In this document: positions 26,051 through 40,080 of the stretch, piece by piece
How positions within the stretch are numbered: position 1 is the stretch's first letter
How the letters are laid out: each line of letters starts with the position of its first letter
Assembly: GCF_001194135.2 (NCBI RefSeq)
Contig: NC_069000.1
Location: 31,475,276 to 31,539,275 of the forward strand
Reading direction: 5' to 3'
DNA: 64,000 nucleotides
DNA from: Octopus bimaculoides
Lineage: Eukaryota
Translations under genes and position numbers: made by a program
Notes under the pieces: model-generated
Seen by the model: only the letters and a program-made list of their open reading frames with translations
Told to the model about the DNA's origin: nothing
Databases searched by the model: none

Positions 26051-29000
26051 CTCCTTGGTTAATATAGATAGATGTTTCCCTGATGAGGTTTTTTACGCTG
26101 TTATTACCTTAGCTATCATTGCTGCTCCTGTTCTTACTTATATTAGTGTTTATTAGCATTTCCCACTATAAAGAAACAATAAATAAAATAAAAGTATATC
26201 AAGAAACATTCGCTTATCTCCTCCATACACGGGTTAGAAATCACTACTTATTTCGGATTAAAGTATGTCACTTTTCCGCTTGTTCATGCTGGAACTTGGT
26301 GCAAACATTTTTGTTTTGCTTATTTTGTTTTGTTATTTACAGAATGGAACAATTTGCCACCCGCCCACGTCTTTCGAATATTCACATTTCAACTGACCAT
26401 CATACTTAGATATTTTTCACTAAAAGTCTCTCGAGATTATATTTATTTTTTATCTCACATCTGTATTATTAGTTTCACGAGAAAGTAGTTCGTTTCTCGA
26501 ATGATTGATTCTCAAGTAATCGTTGATGCTGTTGTCCTTTGCTTCAGAGGCTTCTGTCCGGCCTCTTCTTTCTTTCCTTCTTTATATCCGGTGATTTTTC
26601 TTTCCACTCAAGTTCCAGCCCATTTCTATTGTCGCAAGATGATGGATTGTTGTGATCAGTGCAGTGAGTAGAGGTTTGTTTTTATTTGGTGTTCATGACC
26701 AACGGAAATACGAAATCCCCTTCCTGGGGTACGGCCGGTGATACTACAGCAGCTTATACTCCGGAAATTGTTGTTAGTCTTGTCTCCCGCTTTCTTCTTC
26801 CTTTTCCTCCTCTCTGTCAATGTTGGGTATTACGGAAGGAGCGTTACCTCGGCTTCCTAATTATATTGTGGAACTCAATACGAGTCAATTTTTCCCGACA
26901 TCTCCTGAGCAACATCTGGTATTGCTACAGGACTAGGAATTTCCGTATTGTATCGTAGGGTCTTGTGAGGAGAAGGTCCTTCAATAACCTTTACTGCTAC
27001 ATGTGGCGATACTGTGTCGAAAGATTTAGATTGATTCAAATTGATCAGCACTCAGTTAAAGCCAAATCTATATCCTACATATTCTACGGTCTATCGCACA
27101 AGGCGGAGGAAATGGCGGATAGGTCTACTGAGAAGAACGTTTATGTTTGAGCCTCTTCTATCACATTACCGACGACAAGCACCATTCTGTTGGTGAACAA
27201 ATTTACCAAAAGGTACACGGTCAGTAATTTGAGGGAAGGGAAACAATCGTTGATATAATTTCCAGTAAATAACTGGTTCGTAAAATGCAATGCTGAGAAT
27301 ATCACGAGCCAGCAGATCGTTCAACTTTGAAATGCCACCAACATTAATACAATGGTCAAAGTCAATCGTTTATACCATTATTCAGCCCATAACTGAATAT
27401 TTAAAGAGGAACAACGTCCTCAAAATAGAAATAAATCCTCGAAACTATACTTCTAACAGAAAATAAATAAATAAATTGAAGTAATGCAGAAAAAAATTGG
27501 CAGTACTTGAAAGATATACTCATTTTATATCAAGTAATATGAAATATATGCAAAAGCAATGAATTCAACAGTGGGATAAACTCAAACCGAAAGGAAATAT
27601 ATTTAGTAAATCATCACAATTCAGAAAACGATCAATTATATTCAATTCTAAAACAAACGGTAATAAATTCAATATCCGACGGACGAGGATATATAAAGAA
27701 TGTCGTACTATGTGCTTAATGCGACCATGCTGAGAAACTAATGTAGCACGAGATTTTGATGAAATGCCCACCGCATACTGTTATCGTCTAATGATTTATA
27801 TCAAAATTGCAAGAGAGCATTTTACAGAAGAACAACACATCAAAATAATACGCACACATTATATCCAGCATACACATAATAACAAGTGAAAAGGATTACG
27901 AATTATAGAAAGTAAAAAAAGAATGAAAAGCAAAAAGGAAAAGAAATCTAAACATACAGTGAATATACAGAAATTGATAGCCAAACCATTATGTTCACAT
28001 ACACACAGACACACACACACACACACACACATACATATACATCCATCCATACATATATGTGTGTATGTGTGTGTTCGTGTGTGTAGTGTGTGTATGTACT
28101 AACTATGTATCACATAGAAATTCTGACTAAAATTGTAGATCTGAACATTTTACTGATAATGGAATAGTTTTGAATGCATATGATTCAATATGTGTGTAGC
28201 TTATAAAATGCTAATACACACATATAAATATATGTATAAGCAACAAAGAATACATACAGCAACTTTATGCATTGTTAATTTCTATATGGCTGATGTGTAT
28301 TATTGCCACAGGATGCATATGCATGCATAATAAACATAATTGCATCAACCGATCGCTGCTAATTTGAAACGGTTGTAAAGATCTATTTCAGACTATGTTA
28401 ATTCTTCGTCAAATATATCTATGTTTAAGTTTATATACCATCTTTTATAATTCATATGTCATATATACATACTTGTCAAATATTACACTTACGAGCTATA
28501 CACATTTTATGATCAACTGCAGGTTCAGCAGAATACTTTTTACCATGTGTATAACGTGTGAGTCTAAGAATGTGGATCAGTACGATCCTTATTAAATACA
28601 CGTACACACGCGTGCGCACAAATATGCACGCAGACATATATACATTCACACGCATACACAAAGACATAGAAACACACACACGTCATACAGACGTCACTAA
28701 CACTGCGAATAACCCACCTTTATTATATATATGGATGTGTGTGCGCGTGTGTGCGTATGCATGCATTCGTATATGCATGTGTATATATTTATGAATGTAT
28801 GTATTACGTATCAGCCATTGAACAGCTTATTTGGCCGCAGTCTAATTCGTTTACTGCTGCAATAGTATACTTTTACATCTCTCTCGTATTGAGGTAAGCA
28901 TACCAAAATGGCTACCCATCCACAGATGCAAAATATTTTCAACGTCATAACATTAACGATGCAGGAAATAACATTTGTGAACTTCTTTGGTTTTAAATAC

Positions 29001-29479
29001 TTCTGTATATCTGTCTAACTGTTAATCCACATTTGGTGTATGCATGTGTGTATGTATTATGTGTTCACGTATGTATGCATGCATGTTCTAGGCATAACAT
29101 TAAATTGTTTCCGGTGGCGAATCTCCATTTTGGGAATTCTGGACTTGTGGGAAGCAAGGAGTCACTTCCTAATTATCATTAGTTACAGATCTTTTCTGAT
29201 TCATAAAGGCCGAATGTGAGACGGCTCTCATCTGACAAGATATGGCAATCCATATGTTCTCTTCTCTTTTTAATTATTTTGATTCTTCTGAGAAAGGAGC
29301 TGATTTCTAACAAAAATACAAAGCTCCATCTTTTGGACATACATTACTGAAAAAAGGTCATATTTTAAACTTGAAAAACGTATTGCCTGTTTTTAGTACT
29401 CCACTTACAAATATTATTTGTAATATGTAATTTCGTTGATTACGTTTTCTGAAAATTATGGAGTGAATTTTAGGGCTTA

Positions 29480-29800
29480 TAAATCTAATATTCTCCTATC
29501 CTTCTTTAATACCGGTTCCTATATGCTGTTCATTCAGCTCACTATAGGTCTTAATGAATACCATCCTTGTGAATCTTAGGAAGACCGTGCATGTGTGGTA
29601 GTTTACTGTAGTGTTGAGTCAGTTGTCTATACTTCATTGGTGTAAAAGTGATCCTTGTTCTTGATCAAGATCTGTGACAAATTCCTCTCTGTTTTCAAAG
29701 TGGGGTCTTTCTTTACTTTGCTGTAGCTACCATCAAAATAAGGGTAGAAGAACAAGGAAAAGCTGTGACACGGGGGAGATATTGATAAATCGGATACGGC
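29480..29800 (-). mobile_element. Penelope-like RT N-terminal remnant
   Basis: DGSYSKVKKDPTLKTERNLSQIL and QLTQHYSKLPHMHGLPKIHKDG..PIVS, matching the PLE signature P.LYGLPKIHK..RPIVS. Confidence 0.8.
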
Positions 29801-30030
29801 TGATAATATATAGAAAAATGGAGACCACCTCCCCCTGTGGGAAGAAGTTAAAATATATTGTTTTAGCGACAACTTCGTGTAGGAGAGGAAGCTTGTACCT
29901 TGATGCGATTTTTGGGCAGTTGCTAATCACACGTGAGATGTCTTCCACCGAAATATGACATAATCTACATTGTCTCTATGTATGTATGTATGTATGTATG
30001 TATGTATGTATGTATGTGTTTGTGTGTGCG

Positions 30031-30070
<40 letters not shown>

Positions 30071-31149
30071 TGTGTGTGTTATTATTCAGTTTATTTCAAG
30101 ACTTCTTGCCAATAGTGAAGGAACCGGTTTCCAGCCTAGATCCAAGGCTCCTTCATTGGAATTTCAACATCAACAGGGTATTATGTACGTACGTACGTAT
30201 GTATGTATGTACATAATACCCTGTATGTATGTATGTATGTATGTATGTATGTATGTATGTGTGTATGTATGTACGTATGTGCAAATGTGTATGTTTTATG
30301 TATGTCGTCTCATGCATATAGTTGTCGTCTATGTCTATACATCTCTGTATTATTTCTGTCACTAGTTGTATGTACATACATATACATATATACATATATT
30401 CATGATTGTGTGTGTATATATAGATCTATCTATCTATCTATCGATCGATCGATCGATTGATCTACGTTTCTTTGTACGTGCGGGGATGTTATTGTGCAAT
30501 CTGTTTAACTCCCGAACTACTTACTCATACATCTATTGTTCATAGAACTACCTACCTACTTTCCCGACCAACTTACCTCTCTACTTATCTTCATTTCTTC
30601 ATAGCTTCATTGCAATTCTTTTTTTTTAACTAGATATCCATGTGCAGGGAGATAATTATCTCAGACGAAGGTGTGAGTTGTTCTCCATACTACTACTATA
30701 CACAAAATGCATTAAACCTGTGTATGTAACACCGCTTTCTCACACAACTGAGTGAAAAGACACATAAAATCAAGAAGCTAAAATGAGATTATTACAAAGA
30801 ATTTGTATGAGTTCAAGGTAGACAGGGGATAGATTTCCTTTTAAACGTAAGAGACACGTTTGTTATACTTTGAGGCATTTTATTATAGATTCTTTTATTG
30901 GCACCCCAGTGTATCGTTTTGAAACCATACTTACTTTTCTCACTTCCTGCTTTAAGTGATGATGATATAAAAGATCTGTAGATAATTGATTTCTGAGTCG
31001 AACAACTCATATTTCAATCCACGAAGGAAGACTCAAACAAAGCACCATGCGATGTAAAAACATAAAGCACAAGTTAATATTGATTTCTCGAAAATATTAC
31101 TGGACAATCTGTCCAACAGCCCACAAGAGATTTCGCCCAGAAAGCTATA

Positions 31150-31400
31150 ACAGATACTAGACAGACCAACATGCAAAGATACACATATTCATTGACCAAA
31201 TAGCCTTGATTTTAGAATGGATCAATACGTTATTAAAGGAAACTTATGAAGAAGGACTCGTGCATACGTAAAACCAGAAGCTTGGAAGCCAAAGAGGATG
31301 CATCAGATAATCGATGCAAATAAACAAATAACAATGAAACATGGAAATTGCAAGCTCTGTGAATTAAACACATTAGTAACATATTCTTCTCGGTTACACA
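31150..31400 (+). mobile_element. Possible decayed R4/Dong-like fragment
   Basis: KGNL..., NCKLC..TLV..S faintly match the pre-endonuclease CCHC region. Confidence 0.3.
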
Positions 31401-31624
31401 TATTTTAAGGACGAAAAGCCATTACATCGCATAATACAGAATTAGAAGCGAAACTAGGTAGCCAAATATGAATTGGTAAAACTACAATTTTATTTATTTT
31501 TAGTACATTCTGGCAAATACAACAGTGAATATGCTAACAGCCATTGTATTTCGTCACAGAAGAACAGTTTCTCCTTTACGATGAACGTGCGTTCATAGCA
31601 CACTCGATGCATTAGTACAAGTGC

Positions 31625-31672
31625 TTCTGAGACAACCGTTGTTTCGACATAATTATGTCTCCTCAGTTAGAG
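31625..31672 (-). ncRNA. Type I hammerhead ribozyme (compact)
   Basis: CUCUAA|CUGAGGA|GACAU-aauu-AUGUC|GAA|ACAA-cgg-UUGU|C|UCAGAA: intact core, 5-bp stem II, 4-bp stem III, GUC triplet; stem I has an A.C mismatch at the second pair. Confidence 0.75.
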
Positions 31673-32182
31673 ACTTTCTAACGCGCACTTCGAATCTCTC
31701 AATAAATGAGAGAGTTGATTACAATTTAAGCGAAATTGTTTGCTGATTAGTGCTGATATTAGCAATTCTATAAAAAAATTCAAAGAAATGGAGGGGAATT
31801 CATTTTCAAAGCTTAAAAACAAGTAATGTAGACTACGAATATCAAAATACTGGTTCATGAAATATATTATGCATGTACATAAAGATTACTAAGATGAGAA
31901 ATTTAAAATCCACTGCTGAGGGTTTTAACGTTTATAAAATTATTCCAGTGATCTAATGCTACCTAGTAATAAACGCAAGGACTTTGCATCCTTACCGTGC
32001 CTTCATATATTAGAGAAGTTAAGAATATTATCGAATTCTAAAGAAACAAGAGTAGCAAGCAAGTATAAATTGGGGTTCTAAAATAGATCCACTACAAATT
32101 AAGATTTGAGTTGCAATGTATGTATGTATATATATATCTGTGTGTGTGTGTGTGTACATATATACACACAGCGTAGTTGTGT

Positions 32183-32625
32183 GTATAGGTACAAGCGTGA
32201 CTGTGTGGTAATATACTCGTTTCCCAACCACATGGTTCCGAGTTCAGTCCCACCAGCAACTGTCTTCCACTATAGTAACGAGTAAACCAAGGCTTTGTGA
32301 ATGAATTTGGAAGACAAAATTTAAAGACGTCCGTTGTATATATATATGTGTGTGTGTGTGTGAGTGTGTGTGTGTGAGTGTGTGTGCATGTATGTATCCA
32401 GGTGTGTGTGTTATTGTGTCCGCTTTTATACCCCTATCATCGCTTGGCAACCGGTATTGGTGTGTTTACATTCCAGTGACTTCACCATTCAGCGACAGGG
32501 AAACTATAGAATAAATACTAGGCTTAAAACAAATAAGCCCTGGGGTCCATTTATTCTATCACAGCCCTTCAAGCCGGTGCTCCAGCATGGCTGCAGTCAA
32601 ATGATTGAAACAAGTGAATGAATAA
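32183..32625 (+). mobile_element. SINE family A, diverged full copy
   Basis: Head, central TG microsatellite and tail (ccggtgctccagcatggctgcagtcaaatgattgaaacaag). Confidence 0.85.
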
Positions 32626-34637
32626 ATAAAAAATACATACATGTATATATATATANNNNNNNNNNNNNNNNNNNNNNNNNNNNNNNNNNNNNNNNNNNNN
32701 NNNNNNNNNNNNNNNNNNNNNNNNNNNNNNNNNNNNNNNNNNNNNNNNNNNNNNNNNNNNNNNNNNNNNNNNNNNNNNNNNNNNNNNNNNNNNNNNNNNN
32801 NNNNNNNNNNNNNNNNNNNNNNNNNNNNNNNNNNNNNNNNNNNNNNNNNNNNNNNNNNNNNNNNNNNNNNNNNNNNNNNNNNNNNNNNNNNNNNNNNNNN
32901 NNNNNNNNNNNNNNNNNNNNNNNNNNNNNNNNNNNNNNNNNNNNNNNNNNNNNNNNNNNNNNNNNNNNNNNNNNNNNNNNNNNNNNNNNNNNNNNNNNNN
33001 NNNNNNNNNNNNNNNNNNNNNNNNNNNNNNNNNNNNNNNNNNNNNNNNNNNNNNNNNNNNNNNNNNNNNNNNNNNNNNNNNNNNNNNNNNNNNNNNNNNN
33101 NNNNNNNNNNNNNNNNNNNNNNNNNNNNNNNNNNNNNNNNNNNNNNNNNNNNNNNNNNNNNNNNNNNNNNNNNNNNNNNNNNNNNNNNNNNNNNNNNNNN
33201 NNNNNNNNNNNNNNNNNNNNNNNNNNNNNNNNNNNNNNNNNNNNNNNNNNNNNNNNNNNNNNNNNNNNNNNNNNNNNNNNNNNNNNNNNNNNNNNNNNNN
33301 NNNNNNNNNNNNNNNNNNNNNNNNNNNNNNNNNNNNNNNNNNNNNNNNNNNNNNNNNNNNNNNNNNNNNNNNNNNNNNNNNNNNNNNNNNNNNNNNNNNN
33401 NNNNNNNNNNNNNNNNNNNNNNNNNNNNNNNNNNNNNNNNNNNNNNNNNNNNNNNNNNNNNNNNNNNNNNNNNNNNNNNNNNNNNNNNNNNNNNNNNNNN
33501 NNNNNNNNNNNNNNNNNNNNNNNNNNNNNNNNNNNNNNNNNNNNNNNNNNNNNNNNNNNNNNNNNNNNNNNNNNNNNNNNNNNNNNNNNNATATATATAT
33601 GTACATACATACATATATACATATATTGTGTAGGTAGATACTGATATCCGTTCGTTTGGTCTACATTATGAGGTTTCAATAAAACATGAATAGAGACAAA
33701 CAATATGAATCACTGAAAAGGTAGTAATATATATACATATGAGTGCGTGTGAGTATGAAAGTGTGTGTGTGTGCCTACACACACACACATACACATATAT
33801 ATATATATCTAGATATAGAACAATAGATAGATAGATAGATAGATAGATAGACAGATAAATAGATGCATATTAGGAAATGTATGCTTACAGACACGAACAC
33901 ACATGCAAGTGAGCAGGTGCATGCACGCGCGCGCACACGCACAAACATACACACAAACACACACACATAAAAACACAAACGCACACGTACAAACATACAC
34001 TTATAAGTGTATGTGTGTAGGCGGGGTACTTGTTCAGGTTAGTCTTCAACATTTGCGAATCCTTCTTTTGAAAAATATCAAATCGTTCTGTATGTATGTA
34101 TGTAGGTATGTATGTATGTATTTATGTATGCATGTATGTATGTATGCATGTATATATGCATGTATGTATGTATTGTATGTATGTTAGCATGAATCTATGA
34201 CCGCTTCTGTTCGTACTTGTTTGATGTCTCCTTTGAAGAAAGAGTTGGGTTCTAAAAAAACAACACTCTATTGTTGAATAGCAGACGAAAAATTTCAACT
34301 TTTGACCTTGAGAAATGTCTTGTATAATTTTCATCTTCCGCTTATTAATTCTATTTGGAATGTATGTTTATGTGGTTGGTTTCTTTTTCTGCAAGCGTTA
34401 TCATTACCAGAATGTCTCCAAGACATGTACTTACAAAGCGAAATGTTTTATTTATTATTAATATAAATGTGAATTATAATCTGTCTATAAAAGCAGAATG
34501 TTTCGAAGCTGTTATTTGTAATTGCCATCTTTCTTTTTTTTATTTTCGGAGAGAATTTTTCACATCATCAGGTCAGCTGACATCTATGTATATACATGTG
34601 TGCGTATATATGTATAAGTAAATAAATAGATAAATAA

Positions 34638-34675
<38 letters not shown>

Positions 34676-34678
34676 ATA

Positions 34679-34745
34679 GGCGCAGGCGTAGCTGTGTGCT
34701 AATAAGCTTGTCTCCAGCGCATGCACCGGTTTATTCACTGTGTTG
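34679..34745 (+). mobile_element. Truncated SINE family A head
   Basis: ggcgcaggcgtagctgtgtgctaataagcttg..ccggttt. Confidence 0.6.
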
Positions 34746-34801
34746 ATTTTTAACGCGAGAGACGGAATTCTTTGAGCGGCTTGGCAGCGGTTTGTCGGTG
34801 A

Positions 34802-35607
34802 GTGCTGTACCAGTGGAAAGGAATGTATTCGGCCCTTAGCGAATATGAGCTGTCCTCAGCAAAGGAGGAGCTCGTTAAGGCGGTAAATAGAAGGGACGAG
34901 CATTTGGAAAGAGTAAAGAGTTTTGCTGAGGCTGCAGAGCTGAAGAAAAGGGAAATGGACCTAGCCGGACTGAAGGAGCTGTGTGAGATGACACAGAAGG
35001 TGGGCGGTGACGTAAAGTTATTATCCCCGAAAAGGGTTATGGTAAATATGGAAAAGAAGACCATTACCTACAAGGTGTACGCAGTGGGGAGTAGGAAGGT
35101 GGATCGAATGGAGATGGGAAAAGCAGAAAAAGCACTGAAGGGGCTTTCGAAGGAAGTGACTTACATAGCGAAAGGAAATGGTTGTCCAGTTTAGGACAGC
35201 AGAAGAGGCAAAAAGGCTGGTGAGTGCAATAGTAAAAACGGAGGAAGTGGTACTTCTACCCACGTACTTTGGAAGAAACACTTCTAATGTAGGGGTAGAA
35301 GGAATCCTACCCGATATAGAATTGGCTTGGGTTGCTGCAGCAGCCGTCCTCGTTGGTAGTGAGCAGGAGGTGGATGTCCTCCAAGCCACAGAGACGGGGG
35401 AAGGAGGATATAGAGAAAAAATATTGGAAATCATCATACAAGCGGAGGCGAAGCAGGTGCAAAAATGTGTCGGAGACGGTGACGTTGGGAAAAATAGTAT
35501 TCAGAGTATGCGTTGAGGGCAGAGTTCCACGATGCTTTAAATGTGGCCAAAGAGGCCACATTAGAGCTCAAGTCCAGAGAGTACCGAAAAGAGAAAGGAG
35601 TAGATAG
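34802..35607 (+). mobile_element. Frameshifted gag-like/ORF1 remnant of a non-LTR retrotransposon with zinc knuckle (Tx1/L1-like)
   Basis: Three consecutive + ORFs (34802-35194, 35178-35516, 35332-35607) ending VEGRVPRCFKCGQRGHIRAQ (CX2CX4HX4C, last Cys lost); purine-rich; no ORF2 follows. Confidence 0.75.
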
Positions 35608-35963
35608 TCCGGGAGAAAGCACGTACTTATATATGTAGAAGCTCATACGCCCACACACACGCACCATTGAACATATCCGAATTGTTTCGCACTGTCGATG
35701 AAAACAAGAGGTAGTCGCACCCTCTAGAAGTGAGCGGAGATGTGTTGGCGCTAATAGATTTTTTTCCTTTCGATTGTAACTACTTTGGGAATTTTATGTA
35801 ATAATTAATGTGGTAGGGCACAAATCATTTGATAAGTGTCTGCGTTTTGGCATTGGCACCGTAAAATATATCAGATTTTCAACAGATAATATTTACAAGA
35901 AATTGACGTTTTTACCCAGGGGATGTTATCTAACATTTTTGCGTATATATGCACGTATGTAAT

Positions 35964-36039
<76 letters not shown>

Positions 36040-36196
36040 TGTGTGTGTGTTAGTAAATTCTTTGAAAATTTCCCGAGAGAATTTGTGTTATTCCAAAAAT
36101 CAACGTTTCACCACTGGAAATTTGGCAGCAATAATATAATTTATATTCTTTATGTTCCTGCTTGTAGACTTAATTTGCCGAAACTTGTTAACTTAC

Positions 36197-36314
36197 CACA
36201 TTTTAGTCTGCCTGAAGATTCCAATTTTCCAGAACGAATTATGTACATAGTAATGTTTTCATGTTTGCCTATAAATTCAGCTACGTCTGAAAATTTACAA
36301 TTTGGTTTGTGTAG
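36197..36314 (-). CDS. Candidate internal exon of an unidentified gene (LHKPNCKFSDVAEFIGKHENITMYIIRSGKLESSGRLKC)
   Basis: ttttacag acceptor, 118-nt open frame, GTG|gtaagt donor; no recognisable domain, no phase-consistent neighbours established. Confidence 0.25.
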
Positions 36315-36919
36315 CTGTAAAATGCAACGAAAATTACCCATAAATGTTGGAAATGATCATGTCAACTGCGTAGCTGACATGAGATATATTTTAGCCCCAA
36401 ACAGACTTTGTGCTATTTCCCTAATTAAGGCTTAACTTAACCAAATTTAGGTAGACCTTTAATGAAAGATATTCAAGCTGTGACCATTCTGCCAGTTTCA
36501 AGCATTTGACAACAGAAATCAACATGTTACTATTTAAGGCAATGGTGAGCCATTTAGGAGTTCGAACAGAAAATTTCTGGTTAGATGATTGTGTTTTCAT
36601 ATGGCGCACTTTTTTGACTGAAGTGTTTCACCAAAATTGCTTGAATTGAGAAGCAAAATTGTTTTTAAAAAGAGTCGTATGAGTACTAAATTCCTGATAT
36701 TTTCTCTTCACTGTCTTATATAAAATATCTTCCTAGTGCATAATCAATATTTTCAGTATTTCAGTATTCCGGGGATTTCCCAGTTTCGGGTATTTCGTAG
36801 CTTTTTCTTGCGTTTGTTTTGCAAAACATTATATTGGAAATGTGACGATTTCACGATTATAAAGTCTGAAAGAAGTTACGCTATTAATTGATACAGGTTC
36901 AGTTCCCACACGTGATACT

Positions 36920-37320
36920 AGTTTTCTTTTATTCTTTCACTTGTTCCAGTCATTAGGCCACAGCCATGCTGGGGCACCGCGTTGAAGAATTTTTAGTCGA
37001 ATGAATCGATCCTAGTGCTCATTTTGTTTTTTAAACAAGGGACTTATACCTTCAAATCTTTTATCGAAGCAATAAGAGACGGGGTCATAAACACATCAAC
37101 ATCGGTTGTCAAGCTGTGGTGGAAGACAAATACAGACACAAAGCCACACACACACACGCACACATATACGGGTTTCTTTCAGTTTCTGTCTACCAAATGA
37201 AATGACAAGGCTTTGGTCGGTCTGAAGCTGTAGTGGAATGTGCCATGCAGTGGGGCTGAACTCGGAGCTACATGGCTGGAAAGCAAACTTGTTACCAAAC
37301 ACTCCTTGCCAAGATGTTCT
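36920..37320 (-). mobile_element. SINE family A, diverged copy
   Basis: Tail (cagccatgctggggcaccgc) and body (ttctttcagtttctgtctaccaaat). Confidence 0.8.
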
Positions 37321-37830
37321 TGTGTCTTAGAAATCATATTTAGGAAGTGAGATTTTTTCAAGAATTATCGTTCATTTAAAAGGGAGATATTTTTTCACCG
37401 TTGCTTTTCAAGTCTTAGTTTATACATTTATTTTTGCTAGTGTGATTTATCTGAGTTGACAGTGATATTACAGGACAAATGATGGGCGTTTGGACAAATC
37501 GTAACCGTTTTGGCTAGTTATTCAGATGGAGGCCCTGTCAATGCCACTACTTCTATGGAAATTTCCACTTATGTCAAAATTCCGTGGACTTTAAAATAAT
37601 TCGTGCGCATTTCCAAAATATGATATTGTGAAGATTCCATTTGTTGTTGCCGGCAATGTTGCTAGAAATGCCTGTTAGATATAGTTTTGTTATAATAGGA
37701 AATCTAATACAATATCTTTCTAAATTCCCGTGTAAAACTGTTTCATCATACTATTTATATTCATAACGGTCTTGTGCGATAGGTTATGAAAGCCTAGCTA
37801 TTTGTAGCATTTCTCATTTGGAACAGGAGA

Positions 37831-37918
<88 letters not shown>

Positions 37919-38532
37919 CCATAGATGGAAATGTTTTTCATCTGAAAGATATTTTTCCCCTCTTCAAATATCAACTAGAAAGATTTTTTAAGATGAAATT
38001 CTATTCGTGTTTAATGAAATGTTTTTTATTAAATCCAAGTGCTTCTCGGCATAAGAAATATTTCCTACGTAGTAAAGAAAATATTTCTTATACTGCAGCC
38101 TAGCATAATGTTTATATAGAGAAATTATGGTAAATGAAAAGCAAAACAAAGAGAGGAAGAAAGAAAGAGGAAAAAGAGAGAGTGTGTGCGTGCGTGTCTC
38201 TGTGCATATTCATTTGAAAGATTTATAGAATCAAAATAGCCCCACATACCCATCTTCCATCTGCATGCTTACCTAACAGCATATGGTTTGATAGCCAATG
38301 TCGTTGAAGGAATGGATTGATGGCTTGTGTAAATTTTTCGCATAATATTTAAGCAAGAAATGGGATTATAAATGTCTACTAAGTGCATGATTACATTCCA
38401 TATTGCAGCATTTGTCTTGACTATGGAAAGTCAGTATGAGAAGTAAATATGAACCTCCAAAGTTCCTTTGAAATGAATGGGTCTGTGTAAACTATCAACA
38501 TATGCATTTTAGCAATTTGTTGACATTTCGAC

Positions 38533-38990
38533 CAGTGTGTTTCTCAACCTATTTTCTCTCAGGCCCTACAATATCTTTTCATAAAAAAAGTATACCCCCA
38601 CATGTGGTTTGGAAAAAGCATTTTATTTTTAATAAAGAATCTATCAATAACTCTCTTATTAAGTACTCAGTACAAAAAAGAGTGTATATTATTGATTAAG
38701 TAAAAATGTGCATCAGTTTAATGAGAACGTTGTGCCTGGCTACTATGGCAGATTTTCTTGATTCGAGGACACCATTTTGCTAGCTTCAGCTCTAAATGAA
38801 CACATTTTGTAATTTCAAGTTTGCTCCTCGTGGCTAGAAGCAAATCGTCAACAGCACTAAAGCCACACTCAACCAAATGAGACGAGGGAAAATGAATCAA
38901 AAGTTCCTTTGTGAAGTTGCAGTGTTAAGGCATTTGCTTTCAACTTCATCACAAAGGCACATTTTCTTGCTGCCCTTCATTTTGAACAGA
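38533..38990 (-). mobile_element. hAT (Charlie/Buster-like) transposon 3' end with transposase C-terminus
   Basis: FPSSHLVECGFSAVDDLL..RSKLEI...L.LKL...PRIKKIC.SSQAQRSH* matches the Buster/Charlie dimerisation domain; terminus cagtgtgtttctcaacc. Confidence 0.85.
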
Positions 38991-39049
38991 GTATTCACTG
39001 ATTCTATTGTAATGAATCATGGAGCCCATTCCCCATAACAACGTTTCTA

Positions 39050-40080
39050 GGCCCCAGCAGTGGGGCGTATGCTCCATGTTGGGAATCTCTTATTTAGACT
39101 ATTGTTGGTTGTACGATGCAATGCAGTAATATTTGCAGTTCGAATAATGGTGTAGCAGTTGTGGTGCTTAGTTCCCATTGTTGAGTTTGTAGGGATGGAT
39201 GATGTTCTGAAAGCCTTGCCTATCCTATTTTTTGCCTGAACTACTTCATCGCAGCTGTGAGTAGATTGACTACCTGAAGGACTTGAGTCTATAGTATTTA
39301 TTGTGTGAAATGTGAAGCAAAATGCTTGAGCTGATGGTTTCAATTTACTCAAAGAGTTATGCTGCTAGCTACAGCATAAGGCCTCTAGAATTTCGGCAGG
39401 TCATATGACTTACAACCTCAAAGTGTTGAAGATTTTGGCTGTTATGTAGAGTCTGGATGAGTTATGGGTAGCTTCGATAAGGTCCTGATCGGACGACCCG
39501 ATAGTTGTTGAACACGTGATGGTCTCGTAGAAGTCGCATTAGGGTGAGAGAAAAGCGTCAAGAGTGCTTCGAATGTCAATATACCAGTCGTTGATGTATT
39601 TAGGGATGAAAGTAGTTGATGTAAAGGGTATAGCCTTAAAACATTCCAGATATCCGTTCCAGTGGCTTTAGAAAGGGACGTTTCTATGTGTTGTTAGGTT
39701 AAAATCACCGTGGATGATGACTTCGGCGATGGTTTGAAATATATTTGATATCGTACAAGCAAGAAGAGGAGACATGGCTTGAAGAATAGCTGATGGTTTG
39801 AACAATTCAGGGAGTGGGAGATGGGGCAGTTTTCATATATGGTGCAGTCTAGATAAGAGTGGTTTCGAGCTAGGAACGGAGTCCACGGTTGTGAGGCAAC
39901 AACAGGAAAACGTTACAGCAGCTATAGTTTTAGTTTTGAGTATCTAAGTGTATGTAAAACGTGTTGATACATCGTGAAGTCGAGGTAATCACCTTTTGGG
40001 AGGCTGGTCCGTATGCTTGCAATTGAGAGTTTGTCACTAACTGCTTTCATGGGACATGTATTAATATATACCGAGGTGGT
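39050..40080 (-). mobile_element. Decayed L2/CR1-group LINE ORF2 (APE to RT start)
   Basis: VIIHGDFNL (APE GDFN motif) near 39715; HPIPT-like segment (cf. LDPIPT) near 39200; many stops. Confidence 0.6.

Noticed and set aside
30644-30686. U1 snRNA-like words (gcagggagata..acgaaggtg)
   Set aside because: No 5' ATACTTACC, no Sm site or downstream stems; similarity limited to two short words
30885-30975. Kinase-like SFIGTP and SAM-like LSDDDIKDL peptides
   Set aside because: Different frames, each ends in a stop within a few codons, no supporting motifs
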